64,000 nt of DNA. Source: Naegleria gruberi (Eukaryota). Under the pieces are notes generated by a model. It ran no database searches and was not told where the DNA came from. It saw nothing but the letters and a program-made list of their open reading frames with translations. The translations under genes were made by a program, and so were the position numbers. Positions within the stretch are counted from its first letter, which is position 1, and each line of letters opens with the position of its first letter. Shown one piece after another: positions 22,839 through 34,454 of this stretch. The stretch is taken from NCBI GenBank assembly GCA_000004985.1, contig GG738862.1. One strand, 5' to 3'.

Positions 22839-23819
22839 ATGCCAACATATCAACTAGGTGAAACCCACACACTCTCTGTCATCATTGAATACATTTTAAA
22901 TGCTACAAGTTATGTAGAACAATGTTGGGAATCAACTCTATTTAAAACAATCTTTCCTCTATTGAATATTTCAATATATTTGGGGAGTTTTTTGTTTTTT
23001 GCGAGTGTTGTGATTGTTTCTTATTCTGTTTATTATTTAATGCAGAGAAAATACAGGAGGAAATGGAATGCCTTCTTGTTTAAAGTGACATCTGATGAAT
23101 ATGAATGTAGAGAGTTGGCATTTTCAACAGCAAATTATACACATGCTGTTTTGAGTAGTTTATATGCAATTTATGTTTTTGAGAATGATTATTTTGGAAA
23201 TTACCAATTTAAGAATGATATTTTGAATTCTAAGGAATTTAATTTCTTCTTCTCATATACTGATAATATTTCTAATTTAATGTCCTTTACATTGGGATAT
23301 TTATGTGTGGATTTGATTTGTTATTTATGTTTGGTTGTGTTACAATCAAAGAATACAATGAACGCAATTTTCCATGCAATCATTGTAATGGCATTTAGTT
23401 TATATTTTGTAAATGGAACAGGTGGAATACCAGCATTGTTTGGAGAAATTTCAGAGCTTGCCTCTGTTACTCTCAATCAAGAAGAATTTATGGAGAATTT
23501 TATGGAAAATTTCAAAGCCTCAATCATGTATCTCATTCACGACATTTTGAATACCATTAATTTTGTAATCACGAGAGGATTAATGAGTGTCTACTTGACT
23601 TATGAATTAATTGTGAATTATGGAGATTTATTGGATTCAATGTTATCTATTTATGATTCAAATTTTAGAGCATTTGCAATTCTATCCATTCAAATCATTC
23701 TACTACTAGTTGTCATTGTAATGAATTATGTTTTCACATTCGATTGTTTACAATTCGCAACAGTTGCCTATGAAGAATACAGAATAGCTCACATTCAAAT
23801 TATTAAGAAAGATCAATAA
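22839..23819 (+). CDS. hypothetical multi-pass membrane protein, possibly of the TLC/TRAM-LAG1-CLN8 type
   Basis: A 326-aa ORF with 6-7 hydrophobic helices. The family assignment is only a guess. Confidence 0.35.
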   Translation: MPTYQLGETHTLSVIIEYILNATSYVEQCWESTLFKTIFPLLNISIYLGSFLFFASVVIVSYSVYYLMQRKYRRKWNAFLFKVTSDEYECRELAFSTANYTHAVLSSLYAIYVFENDYFGNYQFKNDILNSKEFNFFFSYTDNISNLMSFTLGYLCVDLICYLCLVVLQSKNTMNAIFHAIIVMAFSLYFVNGTGGIPALFGEISELASVTLNQEEFMENFMENFKASIMYLIHDILNTINFVITRGLMSVYLTYELIVNYGDLLDSMLSIYDSNFRAFAILSIQIILLLVVIVMNYVFTFDCLQFATVAYEEYRIAHIQIIKKDQ

Positions 23820-23865
23820 CTTTAATTTACAAATACAATAAGAATCTGATGTCTGCCAAACAATA

Positions 23866-25009
23866 TTAATCATCATTATCACCAAAGTACATTTTCCAAG
23901 TTGGATCTAACCAATAACAACCTGGACAATTGAGTGGAATTAATCCATAAAAAACTGGGAAGAAGATTGCAAAGTAAATAATTAATAAAACAGCAGCAAC
24001 AGCTCTAGAAGCAATAACGGTGAATTTAACCCATTTCTTTTCTAATTCTGGTTTTTGTTTTCTTGCACATAACATGATACCTGTCAAGAATCCACAAACA
24101 AAACCTCCAATATGTGCAAATTGGTCAACTGTAGGCAATAACCCAATTACAAAGAATATAAGCAATTGCATAATAACACTAAATAATGATTTGAAAGGAT
24201 TAAACACGACATCCCAATTTAAAATTAATTCTGACAGAGATGCTGAAATAATTCCAACAATACATGAAGTTGAACCAGTAGAAATTAAATCAAAACTGAA
24301 AACACTACTCAATAAACCACCTCCAATTCCAGAAATCATGTAAATGATGAACATTCTAGGTGCAGTCCAAACTCCTTCAATTTTACGAACTGTTGTTAAT
24401 AACCACATTAAATTGAAAAGTAAAATTAAAACACTCTGATGGATAAACATGAAAACTAAAAATCTCCAAAATTGAGTTCCATCACTTTTCATTAAATCAT
24501 TCTTCTTAGCTCCAAATTTAATGACAATTTCTTCCTTTGGACCAATCATTGGATTATTCTAAACTAGTTTCGAATACAAAAATTATTATAAATTATAAAC
24601 CTACCAATGGATCATCAATACCATTTCCAACAATACACATTGCAATAAATATAGTAATTTCAGCAATTGATGATAAACAAGTCCAATATGGAAATGTCAT
24701 TAATCGATGTGTCATTCCTTTTTCTTTCTTTTTCAATTGATCCTCCTCATTTGTAGCTTTTGTTTTTCCCTGACCTAAATCCATCGGATCCTCCAAATTA
24801 GGATCTTCTTTTGTATCATAATCCACAGCAACTGTTGCTCTTCTCTGTTGAACAATAGAATTTTGTGAAAATGTTTTCATTTCATAGGCATTTGTATGAT
24901 TGGTTGTTGTTGTTATGGCATCATCATCAATTTCATCAATATATCGTTCCGTAAAATTGTTTTTATCATATCCTGATCCTAATTGTTGTGGAGGTGGTGG
25001 TTGACTCAT
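23866..25009 (-). CDS. rhomboid-family intramembrane protease homolog. Exons 24605-25009 and 23866-24558, with a 46-nt intron.
   Basis: The TM2 motif 'WRFLVFMFIHQSVLILLFNLMWLL' and the TM6 motif 'FAHIGGFVCGF' are typical of rhomboids. The Ser-motif position reads 'GSTS' instead of GxSG. The donor is GTAGGT after '...DDPL' and the acceptor is TTTAG before 'NNPMIGPKEE', joined at phase 0. Confidence 0.7.
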
Positions 25010-25557
25010 TTTTTTTTATGAATTTTGATGAAGGATGACATTTACAATGTGTCAACAAGAGTTGTTTATGGCGTACTTGGAATGTGGAAGGAATTATGTT
25101 CCAATTAGAGAACTCTTTAAATTATTAAAAAAATGTTTCAAAAGCTTTAATAACAATCACTACAAATCTAGGGTGAAAAATAGCTTTTTAGCTTGGTCAA
25201 TAGAATTTTCGCTGGAGGGGCGGATCCACTCGACAAATTGTCGACCGCTCTCTATGGTTTTGAGATTGTTCTAAGTTCGCTATTTTCAAAACTCTTGCAA
25301 AATTAATTTGTAGTGTTAATACTATTATCAACTAACTTTGTTTATTAAGGTCCATTCCAATTCAAAAAAACATCCTCAATTCCATATTACTTCCAAAACA
25401 GTAAACGGAAAATTGCAAAAAATCTCTTAATGATAATACCAAAAAACCACTGAACAACAACAACAGTAAAACGATTCTTACGTACATGGAACATTAAAAT
25501 CATTTCATCATTCACTACTACATCTCTCTTCATCTCTTCATCTATTTAAAAAATATA

Positions 25558-28420
25558 ATGACAACACTCATCACAGGACTATTTTCTGGTATGAATAATG
25601 CCACGGACTTGGCAAGTGGTGCAATTGATGTTGTTGTGGTGGAACAACCTGATGGTTCCTATAAATGTACTCCTTTTCATGTTAGGTTCGGAAGATTGAA
25701 AGTTTTGAGATCAAAGGAAAAAGTGATTAGAATTATGATTAATGATAAATTAACGGAATTGTGTATGAAAATTGGAGAGGCAGGAGAAGCCTATTTTGTT
25801 CATGAAGCAAATGTTAGTTATTGAAATATTTATAATATTTAATTTAATATTTAATTAATTATTTAGGGACCAGTTGATCGTGATTTAGTTTGTAGTCCAA
25901 TTGATGATGTAGGAATAGGATCATCGATATTTAGTCCATCAGATAAATCATTAACTAGTAATACAATGAATAATGAAATTAGCCTAGTAGGAGTTGATTC
26001 TTTCACCAGCCTTGATCAATCATCATCATTACCTTCATCTTCTAGTACTTCTTCGCTATTAACTCTATCACTTCAATCTCCTAATAATAATAATATCAAC
26101 AACAACAACAATACAACTACCACATCTAATACTAGTAGTATTAATAATAATGGAGTTGCAATGACCTCTACAACAACAATGGACCAAGCCTATTTCAAAC
26201 CAATTAGACAAACATCTCCAGTTGGATCTCCAAACTTGACTGTTTCTCCAATTATGAATTCGCCATATCTGCATCCAACTGTTGGAAATACTTTTGATAT
26301 TGATGAGGAAATTATTCATGAAAAGTTCATTCCTATTATTAATGATAGTTTAATTCATGAAATGAGTGAATTAGATTTAGAAAGGGAAAAGAAGAGAATG
26401 GATGGTATTACTACGAGTGGAATGTTAAATGGTACACCTTCTCCTCCACCAGGTATTCCTTCCTCTTCTCTGAATAATAGTACTATCATTGATAGTAATA
26501 ATACGAGTGCAACTACTACAACTACTAATATTCCTACTACTTTAAATAATTTAACCACCAACGGTACAATTACAACTGCAACTGCAACAACAACAGATTT
26601 ATCATCAACTGCAACAAATAATGGCACAATTCCACCAAAAAAGAGTGGATGGGGATGGGCGTAAGTATTTAAATATTGTGAGATGAGAATACTAATACAT
26701 TATTATTAACAGAGGAATTTCAAGTTGGTTCGGATTCAAAACAGAAAATGATGAATTTCAAGGAATTAAAACAAAAGGAAATAATGAATTTGTGGAACAA
26801 CAATTTTTGGAAGTAATGGCAAAACATTACAATTATGATGCTGTCTCTGGAAGATATATTAATAGTCCTGTGAATTCTCCTATTAAATCAAAACCAACAA
26901 CTTTCCCAACAAGTGAATCCAGCAATAATTTAAATATTCCTAGAAATGACTCTTGTAAAAATCTAATCAGTGACACTACAACATCTGATGATGAAATTTC
27001 CTATGATCCATTCACAAGTTCAGAACACTTGGAAAATGTAAATTCTAATGAAAATGTAAAATTAAATGATGATACAACAGATGAAGAGGATGAAGATGAA
27101 GAACAAATGATAAATTATCACTCTGATAATGAAACTAATTTATCCTCTCTCAAACCATCACTTCCTCCTCATATGACTCAACGATCTACTCCAAGGAAAC
27201 ATTTTGAATTATCAGTACCAACTACTAATTGTTCTAAAAGTGCTCCAGGTTCAAGTAATTTTGATGAATTATTCCAAGAACATCAATTAACCAAAATGAA
27301 GAGATTAATTTCTCCTCCTTCACCTAAACCCAACAAGATTGAAACAAGTAATAATTCAGAATCAATTGTAGTAACGACACCACTTGAAGAAAATACTACC
27401 CCTCTCATAACTACTCCTAATTTAATAGCAATAACTCCCAATACTCAATCAAGTACTCATTTGGCAGATCCAAACCTTCAAAAAAAGAATGAAAATACAT
27501 ACTGGAAATGGTTTTGGTCTCGTCCAGGATCAGGTTCCACTAATTCTGTGTCTGCTGTCAACCCAACAACAACACAAATCAATAATGAGGTGAATAGAGT
27601 TAATAATCAACCACAAGTTTTTGATCCAACAGGAGAATTCAGAGTTTTGAAAAAGAGTTTAAAACCAACATCAGATGAGTTAAAGTCTTTAGGATTAAAG
27701 GACGGAAAGAATGAAATTAAATTTTTAGTGACGAGTAGAATTTTGGGGACTCAAGAGGTTAATGCATACATTTACTTTTGGAAATATTCAGATAAGATTG
27801 TCATTTCAGATGTAGATGGAACTATTACCAAATCAGATGCTCTTGGACATATTTTACCAATGCTTGGCCAAGATTGGTCACATAGTGGTATTGGTAAACT
27901 TTATTCTAAAATAGCAGAAAATGGATATAGAATTTTATACCTCACCTCTAGGTCTATTATTCAATCTGGAAGTACAAAGAGATATATTTTCACATTACAA
28001 CAAGAAGATGCCATGTTACCAGAAGGACCTGTTGTAATGTCTCCCGATAGACTTTTTGCAGCTCTTCATAGAGAAGTTATTTTAAAGAAACCTGAAGAAT
28101 TCAAAAAGGCAGCTCTTTCAGATGTTTTGGAATTATTCCCACAAGATTCAAATCCATTCTTTGCTGGATTTGGTAACAGAGTGAATGATCAAATTTCATA
28201 TTCATTCGTTGGAGTACCAGACCACAAGATTTTCACAATCAACCCAACAGGTTTAATTCAAGTTTATGGAATTAGTCATGATTCCTATTGGAATATTTAC
28301 AAACTTGTTGATGAAATGTTTCCAGATCTTAAACAAAAGGTTGATGAACCTTCTACGAGCGAATTTAACAGTTTTTCATTTTGGAGAATGCCAATACAAT
28401 CAGCAGCAGATTTTAAATAA
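25558..28420 (+). CDS. lipin/Pah1-family phosphatidate phosphatase. Exons 25558-25812, 25867-26660 and 26713-28420.
   Basis: The N-LIP domain '[61 protein letters not shown]' opens the protein. The C-LIP/LNS2 domain, with the haloacid-dehalogenase-type '[10 protein letters not shown]' motif and '...[10 protein letters not shown]', lies in the last exon. The introns are 54 and 52 nt (GTTAGT and GTAAGT donors) and keep the frame continuous. Confidence 0.9.
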
Positions 28421-28610
28421 ATAATTATCATACCATGTTACAATTTACAGAGAATGTTGCAACATGGATTGTAGAAAAATTACAATGTAACAACATTCGG
28501 ATAAATGCATTCCAGGTTGTGGATGTGACATCCTAAAAGTTTGGTTGCAAGTTAGTTAACGTTGAAACAAAGTTAAAAATCTAAACAAAAAAAATAGCAA
28601 AACATCATCA

Positions 28611-29327
28611 ATGTCTCTGCACGACGATTTCACCAAGGAATTACTAATTACTGTTGGCACTTTCTTACCACTCTCCGATTTGAATAATTTTGCCAGATGT
28701 GACACTAAATTGTTGGATTTATTCTTCAATTTAACAACTGAAAAGGTGAATGCAATTGCAAAGAGAAAGAAGGAATTGAGTAAGAAGAATATTGAAAGTA
28801 GAATTGTAGCTCTCAAGGGTGAATACAGCAAGTCTGAGGACTCTAACATTCAAAAATTAATTTGGAAACCACTTGTTCTCTTCTACTTTCCAAATTATTC
28901 AACAAGTGTGAATGTGAAAAATTGGATGCATGTCATGAGGAGGAGAATTATTCATTTGGATAACAAATTTCCCAATGAATTGCCACTTTTAAAGGAAAGA
29001 ACAACAATTGCTGGATTTAATTTATTTAGAGTTGATAAGGATCGTCAATTTATTGAAAATTGTGAATGGGAATATGAATGCCCACTGAAATCAAATGCAT
29101 TTAAAGTCGTTTCACCAAATGTTAAATATTGTAAAGTGTGTAAGGAAAATGTATATGAAGTGTTTACAATGGAAGAGTTTAAATCACACGTTGAACAAGA
29201 TCATTGTGTTTCATTCTCTGAATTTTCAAGAAAGCAACAAGCTGAATTAGGTAAAAGAAAAAGAGGAAAGATTAGAGTTGTTGAAACAAATGATGACAAC
29301 TCTACACCTTCTAAAAAATTGAAATAA
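28611..29327 (+). CDS. hypothetical protein with an F-box-like N-terminus and a Cys/His-rich C-terminus
   Basis: 'LITVGTFLPLSDLNNFARCDTKLLDLF' resembles an F-box. The C-terminal 'CEWEYECP...CKVCKEN...HVEQDHC' cluster is Cys/His-rich. Confidence 0.4.
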   Translation: MSLHDDFTKELLITVGTFLPLSDLNNFARCDTKLLDLFFNLTTEKVNAIAKRKKELSKKNIESRIVALKGEYSKSEDSNIQKLIWKPLVLFYFPNYSTSVNVKNWMHVMRRRIIHLDNKFPNELPLLKERTTIAGFNLFRVDKDRQFIENCEWEYECPLKSNAFKVVSPNVKYCKVCKENVYEVFTMEEFKSHVEQDHCVSFSEFSRKQQAELGKRKRGKIRVVETNDDNSTPSKKLK

Positions 29328-29410
29328 AGAGTTTGTTCAAACTAACTCTAAAAAAGGGGAGCTCTTCACATTGCAAAAGTGTCAAATGTCGGTTGTTGAT
29401 TTAATAAAAA

Positions 29411-30763
29411 ATGTCACAACAAGAACTTGAAACCATTTATCGGGATGAAGATGTAGCCACCAATAATTCAATTATTGATAATTCATCATCCATTATTCAA
29501 ACAATTTTAATAGACGAAACTAAACAAGTAAACGAAAAAGAATTTAAACGAAAACTCCCAACTAAACATCATTTAAGAGGTAAACTCTTTTCCATAACAA
29601 CTAGATGGGGTAAATTAGAAATAACCCTCGATAACATATTATCCTTTCTAATAATGATTCTAACAATTATTTCAATGTTATCATTGTCAATTGCTTGTTT
29701 TTATTCTTCAATTCTTGTTGCCTATAGAGGAAATGAAGTTTATTTCCACATTACTAAATCAAATATTGAATTGAATCAATTGACTAGTTTAATGAAAATT
29801 ATGGTTGAGTATAAATTTATTGTGAGTGAAAATTTTGTAAAAAAAACGAATTCTAGTTTAATTAATTTATTGACATCACTTCAAGACATTAGTCTGGATG
29901 TTCAGAGAATTAATCAATTAGGATATTTTCCAAGTGATTTATCATTAATTGATTATGCATATCATATTATTTATACTATAGATGGTCATGTTCAATTCTT
30001 TTTAAGGAGATATAATTATTGGGGAATTGGAGATGAGGAAACTTATTCGAATGTTATGAGTCTAACAAATGATACTTTGATTTTATATGAGATGGTTCTT
30101 CAACTCGGTGATAAATATATTGGAGCTAAGGATGATTATATCAATGGACTATCCATTGCTGGATTGGTGTTAACTTTGATTTTATTAATTTTCATGATTC
30201 CTTTGAGTTTTTCAATTACTTTTAAAACTTTGATGAATAATGAGAAATTAATTGAAAAGTTGAAAAGAGTTGATGCTAAGGGAGTTAAGGAAACTATTTT
30301 GGATTCACATTTTGGACCACAATTCAAAGAATATTGTAAACAAAATAGAGAATTACGATATTTTCTGTTTTTGGAAAGATCAATTCAATTTACAGAATAT
30401 TGTGAAAATATTTACAATCTTGATCATAATACAGAACTATTTCTAGAAGATCCAAATGATATTCCAAATATTGAGAATGAAATTGACAAGTGGCAGTCCA
30501 AAAAGTGTGAAATTATCTTTGAAATCAAAACAGAATTTCTAAGCTCAAAAGGTGAACATTTTCTTGGTGAAAAACAAATTGGTGGGAAGAAAGAAATTCA
30601 AAAAGTGAAATTGGAATTCAAATCCAATCCAATGAATTTATCTGACAATTTATTAGATGAAATTGAATCGAATATTTCCATACATTTATATTCGACTTTT
30701 AAATCATTTCAATCCAAGCAAAAACAGAAAAGATCATTTTACAATATTTCAATACAACAATAA
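29411..30763 (+). CDS. receptor-like two-transmembrane protein with a C-terminal RGS-like domain (tandem family member 1)
   Basis: The topology is shared by all six paralogs. A short basic N-terminus ('KRKLPTKHHLRGKLFSITTRWGKLEI') leads into TM1. A variable, glycosylated ectodomain follows, then TM2 ('IAGLVLTLILLIFMIP'), then a conserved C-terminal domain. That domain reads 'FKEYCKQNRELRYFLFLERS...KCEIIFEIKTEFLSSKGEHFLGEK' and resembles the RGS box (F..FL..E.SEENL.FW...E.F ... I...M..DSY.RFL). Confidence 0.55.
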   Translation: MSQQELETIYRDEDVATNNSIIDNSSSIIQTILIDETKQVNEKEFKRKLPTKHHLRGKLFSITTRWGKLEITLDNILSFLIMILTIISMLSLSIACFYSSILVAYRGNEVYFHITKSNIELNQLTSLMKIMVEYKFIVSENFVKKTNSSLINLLTSLQDISLDVQRINQLGYFPSDLSLIDYAYHIIYTIDGHVQFFLRRYNYWGIGDEETYSNVMSLTNDTLILYEMVLQLGDKYIGAKDDYINGLSIAGLVLTLILLIFMIPLSFSITFKTLMNNEKLIEKLKRVDAKGVKETILDSHFGPQFKEYCKQNRELRYFLFLERSIQFTEYCENIYNLDHNTELFLEDPNDIPNIENEIDKWQSKKCEIIFEIKTEFLSSKGEHFLGEKQIGGKKEIQKVKLEFKSNPMNLSDNLLDEIESNISIHLYSTFKSFQSKQKQKRSFYNISIQQ

Positions 30764-30784
30764 TTATAACAATTGTATTCTCAC

Positions 30785-31273
30785 CTACTTGTTAATGATT
30801 TTATAGTATTGTGCATAAGAAACATCAATTTGAAGGCTTGTTGCCCTCCTAGATTTTTGTTCTGAAACAAAATAAGTGTGGATATCAAATTTCCTTGGTC
30901 GGTAATGAAACATGAGTACACTATTAATTTCTTGCAAAGTTTCGGTATCAATTGGTGTATAGTCTAATTTGAAGGAAAATGAGCGTCTTCCAATCCTTGT
31001 ATGTTCTGTAATTTCCTTGTTAATCCGTTCTACAATCTTTAGAATTAGTTCTGAGTGTTGTTCGAATAAACTTTGCATAGCCATTTGATTGCAAATATCA
31101 CCTCTACAAATTGGGTTAGGTAAACCAGATATTTCCAATGGTTGTTCCGGGTCATTTTGATACCTGTTGTTAGATAGATATCCTAGTTGATAAATGATGA
31201 TAGTCAAAGACACCACCAGAATTATTTCTGTTAATTTCATTTTTTTAAATATTGAGCGAACGTTCGCTCTCAA
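30785..31273 (-). CDS. hypothetical small secreted or type-II membrane protein
   Basis: A 162-aa ORF with an N-terminal hydrophobic anchor 'IILVVSLTIIIYQL'. I recognise no domain. Confidence 0.4.
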   Translation of the reverse strand: MRANVRSIFKKMKLTEIILVVSLTIIIYQLGYLSNNRYQNDPEQPLEISGLPNPICRGDICNQMAMQSLFEQHSELILKIVERINKEITEHTRIGRRSFSFKLDYTPIDTETLQEINSVLMFHYRPRKFDIHTYFVSEQKSRRATSLQIDVSYAQYYKIINK

Positions 31274-31445
31274 TTTTTTAAAAATAGGTTTTCACAGTTC
31301 AAAGCAAAAATATATTCATATGTTGGGATTACAATTTATTGAACTTCAAATGATTTAGGGTAGAGAGAGTTTTTTGGAGCACTATTTCTTTTTGTGTTTC
31401 GTCCAGTTCTTTAAACGAAACTCTAATCAACACATCCAATAAAAA

Positions 31446-32744
31446 ATGTCAGCAGAACATCCACAAGTCCAAACATCAACAAATTCATTGATAGAGCTTG
31501 AAGAGAAAGCACTCTTTCATTCACCATCCACTCCATCTACTACATTTCATCAACAATTTACCACCGGAAAAGTTTCGAATAGAAAGAAACGAAATTTTAT
31601 CATCAATACGAAATATGGAAGCATAGAACTGAGTATTGAAAGAATATTATCTTTCATTGTCATGTTTATTGCTGTAATTTCACTTTTCATTCTTACAATC
31701 ATTACATTTTATGCATTCGTCTTGAGAGCATATGGTGAAACATATGTTTATTCCTATGGAACCGAATCATTAGTATATTCTAATAGATTTTCTACCTACT
31801 TAACAATAATTCTCAATTCTAATAATGTTACTATAGATAATGGATGGTTATTTAAAATCAATTATACATTCTCACATTATGAGGAATCGATAGGATTTAC
31901 AGCTCGTTACAATGCTGATTCCAGTAAATTTGGGAAAGAGAATTTACCTGTAATGGTTCTGTATTTACAGAATAGTGGAAGGGATTATCAATATTTGTAT
32001 AGTTTATTGGTTAGTAATAAGAGTAGAGCAGTAGAGTATTCGAATCATTTTGTTTCGAATTTGAATAACGCAACTAGAGAATATTTAGAGAAGGCACTAT
32101 ATGAAAGTGATAAGAATGATGCTATTGAGACCCTTTATATGGATTCGACAGCTATAATTGGAACCATACTATGTGGATTGGCTCTGTTAATTATACTTCC
32201 GACCGGTTTTATTGCTACTTTTGGAAGAAATAACAAATTATTGGAAAAATTACAAAAAGTCAATGCAAAGGAGGTCTTGAAGACGGTGTCTGATACATAT
32301 TTGAATACTTCCTTTAAAGAATATTGTAAAAATCATCAACAATTGAAATATTTTCTATTTTTAGAAAAATCATTACTTTATTCAGAATATTGTGAAGAAA
32401 TATTTAATTTAAATTCAATTGAAAATTACTTAAATGGTACCAATACCAATTCTATAGAAACTAGAATTGATGAATTTGAATCTAAAAAGTGTGAAATTAT
32501 CTTTGAAACCATGATTGAGTTTCTCAGCTCAAAAGGTGAATATTTTCTTGGTGAGAAACAAATTGGCGGGAAGAAATTAATTCAAAAAGTTAATAAGGAA
32601 TTCAAATCTAATCCAATGAATTTACCAGAAAATTTATTAGATGAAATTGAATCGAATATTTCAATTTGTTTAATTTCAACACTCAAGTCATTTCAATCCA
32701 CGCAAAAACAAAAGAGAACTCTTTACAATTTTTCAAAACAATAG
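31446..32744 (+). CDS. receptor-like two-transmembrane protein with a C-terminal RGS-like domain (family member 2)
   Basis: Same architecture as member 1. The C-terminal 150 aa are nearly identical to members 3 and 4 ('KLLEKLQKVNAKEVLKT...FKEYCKNHQQLKYFLFLEKSLLYSEYCEEIFNLNSIENYL...KCEIIFE'). Confidence 0.55.
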   Translation: MSAEHPQVQTSTNSLIELEEKALFHSPSTPSTTFHQQFTTGKVSNRKKRNFIINTKYGSIELSIERILSFIVMFIAVISLFILTIITFYAFVLRAYGETYVYSYGTESLVYSNRFSTYLTIILNSNNVTIDNGWLFKINYTFSHYEESIGFTARYNADSSKFGKENLPVMVLYLQNSGRDYQYLYSLLVSNKSRAVEYSNHFVSNLNNATREYLEKALYESDKNDAIETLYMDSTAIIGTILCGLALLIILPTGFIATFGRNNKLLEKLQKVNAKEVLKTVSDTYLNTSFKEYCKNHQQLKYFLFLEKSLLYSEYCEEIFNLNSIENYLNGTNTNSIETRIDEFESKKCEIIFETMIEFLSSKGEYFLGEKQIGGKKLIQKVNKEFKSNPMNLPENLLDEIESNISICLISTLKSFQSTQKQKRTLYNFSKQ

Positions 32745-32774
32745 TCAACTTGAAGAGTTTGAGGAATTCTTACT

Positions 32775-32895
32775 CTATATATATTTTGAGTAGTGAGATC
32801 ATAAAACTCTAAATGAATTCCTTGCTATTATTACGAAGATATCATTGATTGATGGAAGAGGAAACCACTTGAATCATCGTATCAGTAAACACCAA
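32775..32895. repeat. dispersed, non-coding repeat of about 120 bp (copy A)
   Basis: About 85% identical to 34455-34570: '...gagtagtgagatcataaaactctaa...attacgaagatatcattgattgatggaagaggaaaccacttgaatcatcgtatcagtaaacacc'. Confidence 0.6.
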
Positions 32896-32990
32896 GCCAT
32901 ACTGAACCATACTGATGTGGCCCGATGATTCTTTGAGGCGCTCATCGTGATATGGTTAAAAGTTTGCTGATGTGTTACTGTACAATCAGC

Positions 32991-34403
32991 TTATTTTCTT
33001 AGTGATGTTAATTGTTTCATTTCACTTAAATATTTGGCTCCTTTATCACTAATTTCATTGTTATAAATATAAAGTAATGTCAGTTGTTTCATTTCACTTA
33101 TGTATTTGGCCCCTTCATCACTAATTTCATTGTAACCAATATTAAGTGATGTTAGTTGTTTCATTTCACTTATATATTTAGCTCCTTTATCACCAATTTG
33201 ATTGTCATAAATATAAAGCGATGTTAATTGTTTCATTTCACTGATGTGTTTGGCTCCTTCATCACTAGTTTCATTGTTAGAAACATTAAGTGATGTTAAT
33301 TGTTTCATTTCACTTAAATATTTGGCTCCTTTATCACTAATTTCATTGTTATAAATACAAAGTGATGTCAATTGTTTCATTTCACTGATGAATTTAGCTC
33401 CTTCAACAGTAATTTCATTGTAACCAATATTAAGTGATGTTAGTTGTTTCATTTCATTTATATATTTGGCCCCTTCATCACTAATTCGATTGTTAGAAAT
33501 ATAAAGTGATGTCAATTGTTTCATTTCACTTATGTATTTGGCTCCTTCATCACTAATTCATTGCTACCAATATTAAGTGATGTTAATTGTTTCATTTCAC
33601 TTATATATTTGGCTCCCTCTACACCAATTCGATTGTCATAAACATTAAGTGATGTTAATTGTTTCATTTCACTGATGAATTTAGCTCCTTCATCACGAAT
33701 TTCATTGTTAGAAACATTAAGTGATGTTAATTGTTTCATTTCACTGAAATATTTGGCTCCTTCATCACCAATTTCGATTGCTACCAATATTAAGTAATAT
33801 TAATTGTTTCATTTCACTTATATATTTGGCTCCTTTATCACTAATTTGATTGTAATATATATTAAGTGATGTTAGTTGTTTCATTTCACTTATATATTTG
33901 GCTCCTTCATAACCAATTAGATTGTGAGAAATATCAAGTGATGTCAATTGTTTCATTTCACTAATGAATTTGACTCTTTCTCTCGAGCCAAGCAAATATC
34001 CAGAAAATTCAACATTAACAATACTATTCCTAAATTGACTTTTCTTGAATAATTTAATTCTTTTCTTTGTAAATTTGTTTTTAAATTGAATAACAAGTTT
34101 TGAACGTTCCTTGATCACATTAAAGAATTGTTTTGAAATTAAAGTGCAATTATTTAAAATAAACCACGAATCATCAATCATTGAAATTATTTCAAAACAA
34201 ATATCATCTGAAAATATTTCTTGTCGCTGGAGTTTCACAAATTTTTTCTTCTGTTTTGCTTTCACCATATTATTATGGTCAATTGTGAATATTTCCTCCG
34301 AATTATTCGTATGATGATTTTCAAAATCTTGACTGTTTCGTTGACCCATTTTTTTAAATTTGAATGATTTAGAGAAATTGTCTGATATTTTAACAATCGG
34401 CAT
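32991..34403 (-). pseudogene. F-box / RNI-type LRR protein gene made of 72-bp tandem repeats and interrupted by two frameshifts (either a pseudogene or assembly errors within the repeats)
   Basis: The N-terminal ORF 33765-34403 has an F-box-like 'IFSDDICFEIISMIDDSWFILNNCTLISKQF'. About 14 copies of a 24-aa unit 'ISEMKQLTSLNIGYNEISDEGAKY' follow, spread over three ORFs in different frames. A 1-nt deletion relative to sister repeats is visible near 33553 ('aattcattg' versus 'aatttcattg'). Confidence 0.55.
33000..33990. repeat. 72-bp tandem repeat array (about 14 copies) encoding 24-aa LRR units
   Basis: The unit '...gatgttaattgtttcatttcact.atatatttggctcc.tcatcactaattt.attgt...' recurs with a 72-nt period. 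Copy-to-copy identity is high, with third-position and indel variants. Confidence 0.8.
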
Positions 34404-34454
34404 TGGAAAGCACTACTGCATAACAAAGTGATCTAATTATTGAAGGAAGTTAAA

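Noticed and set aside
33000-33990. The regular 72-bp repeats considered as a CRISPR-like array or minisatellite
   Set aside because: This is a eukaryotic sequence. The repeats are in-frame coding LRR units with no unique spacers.
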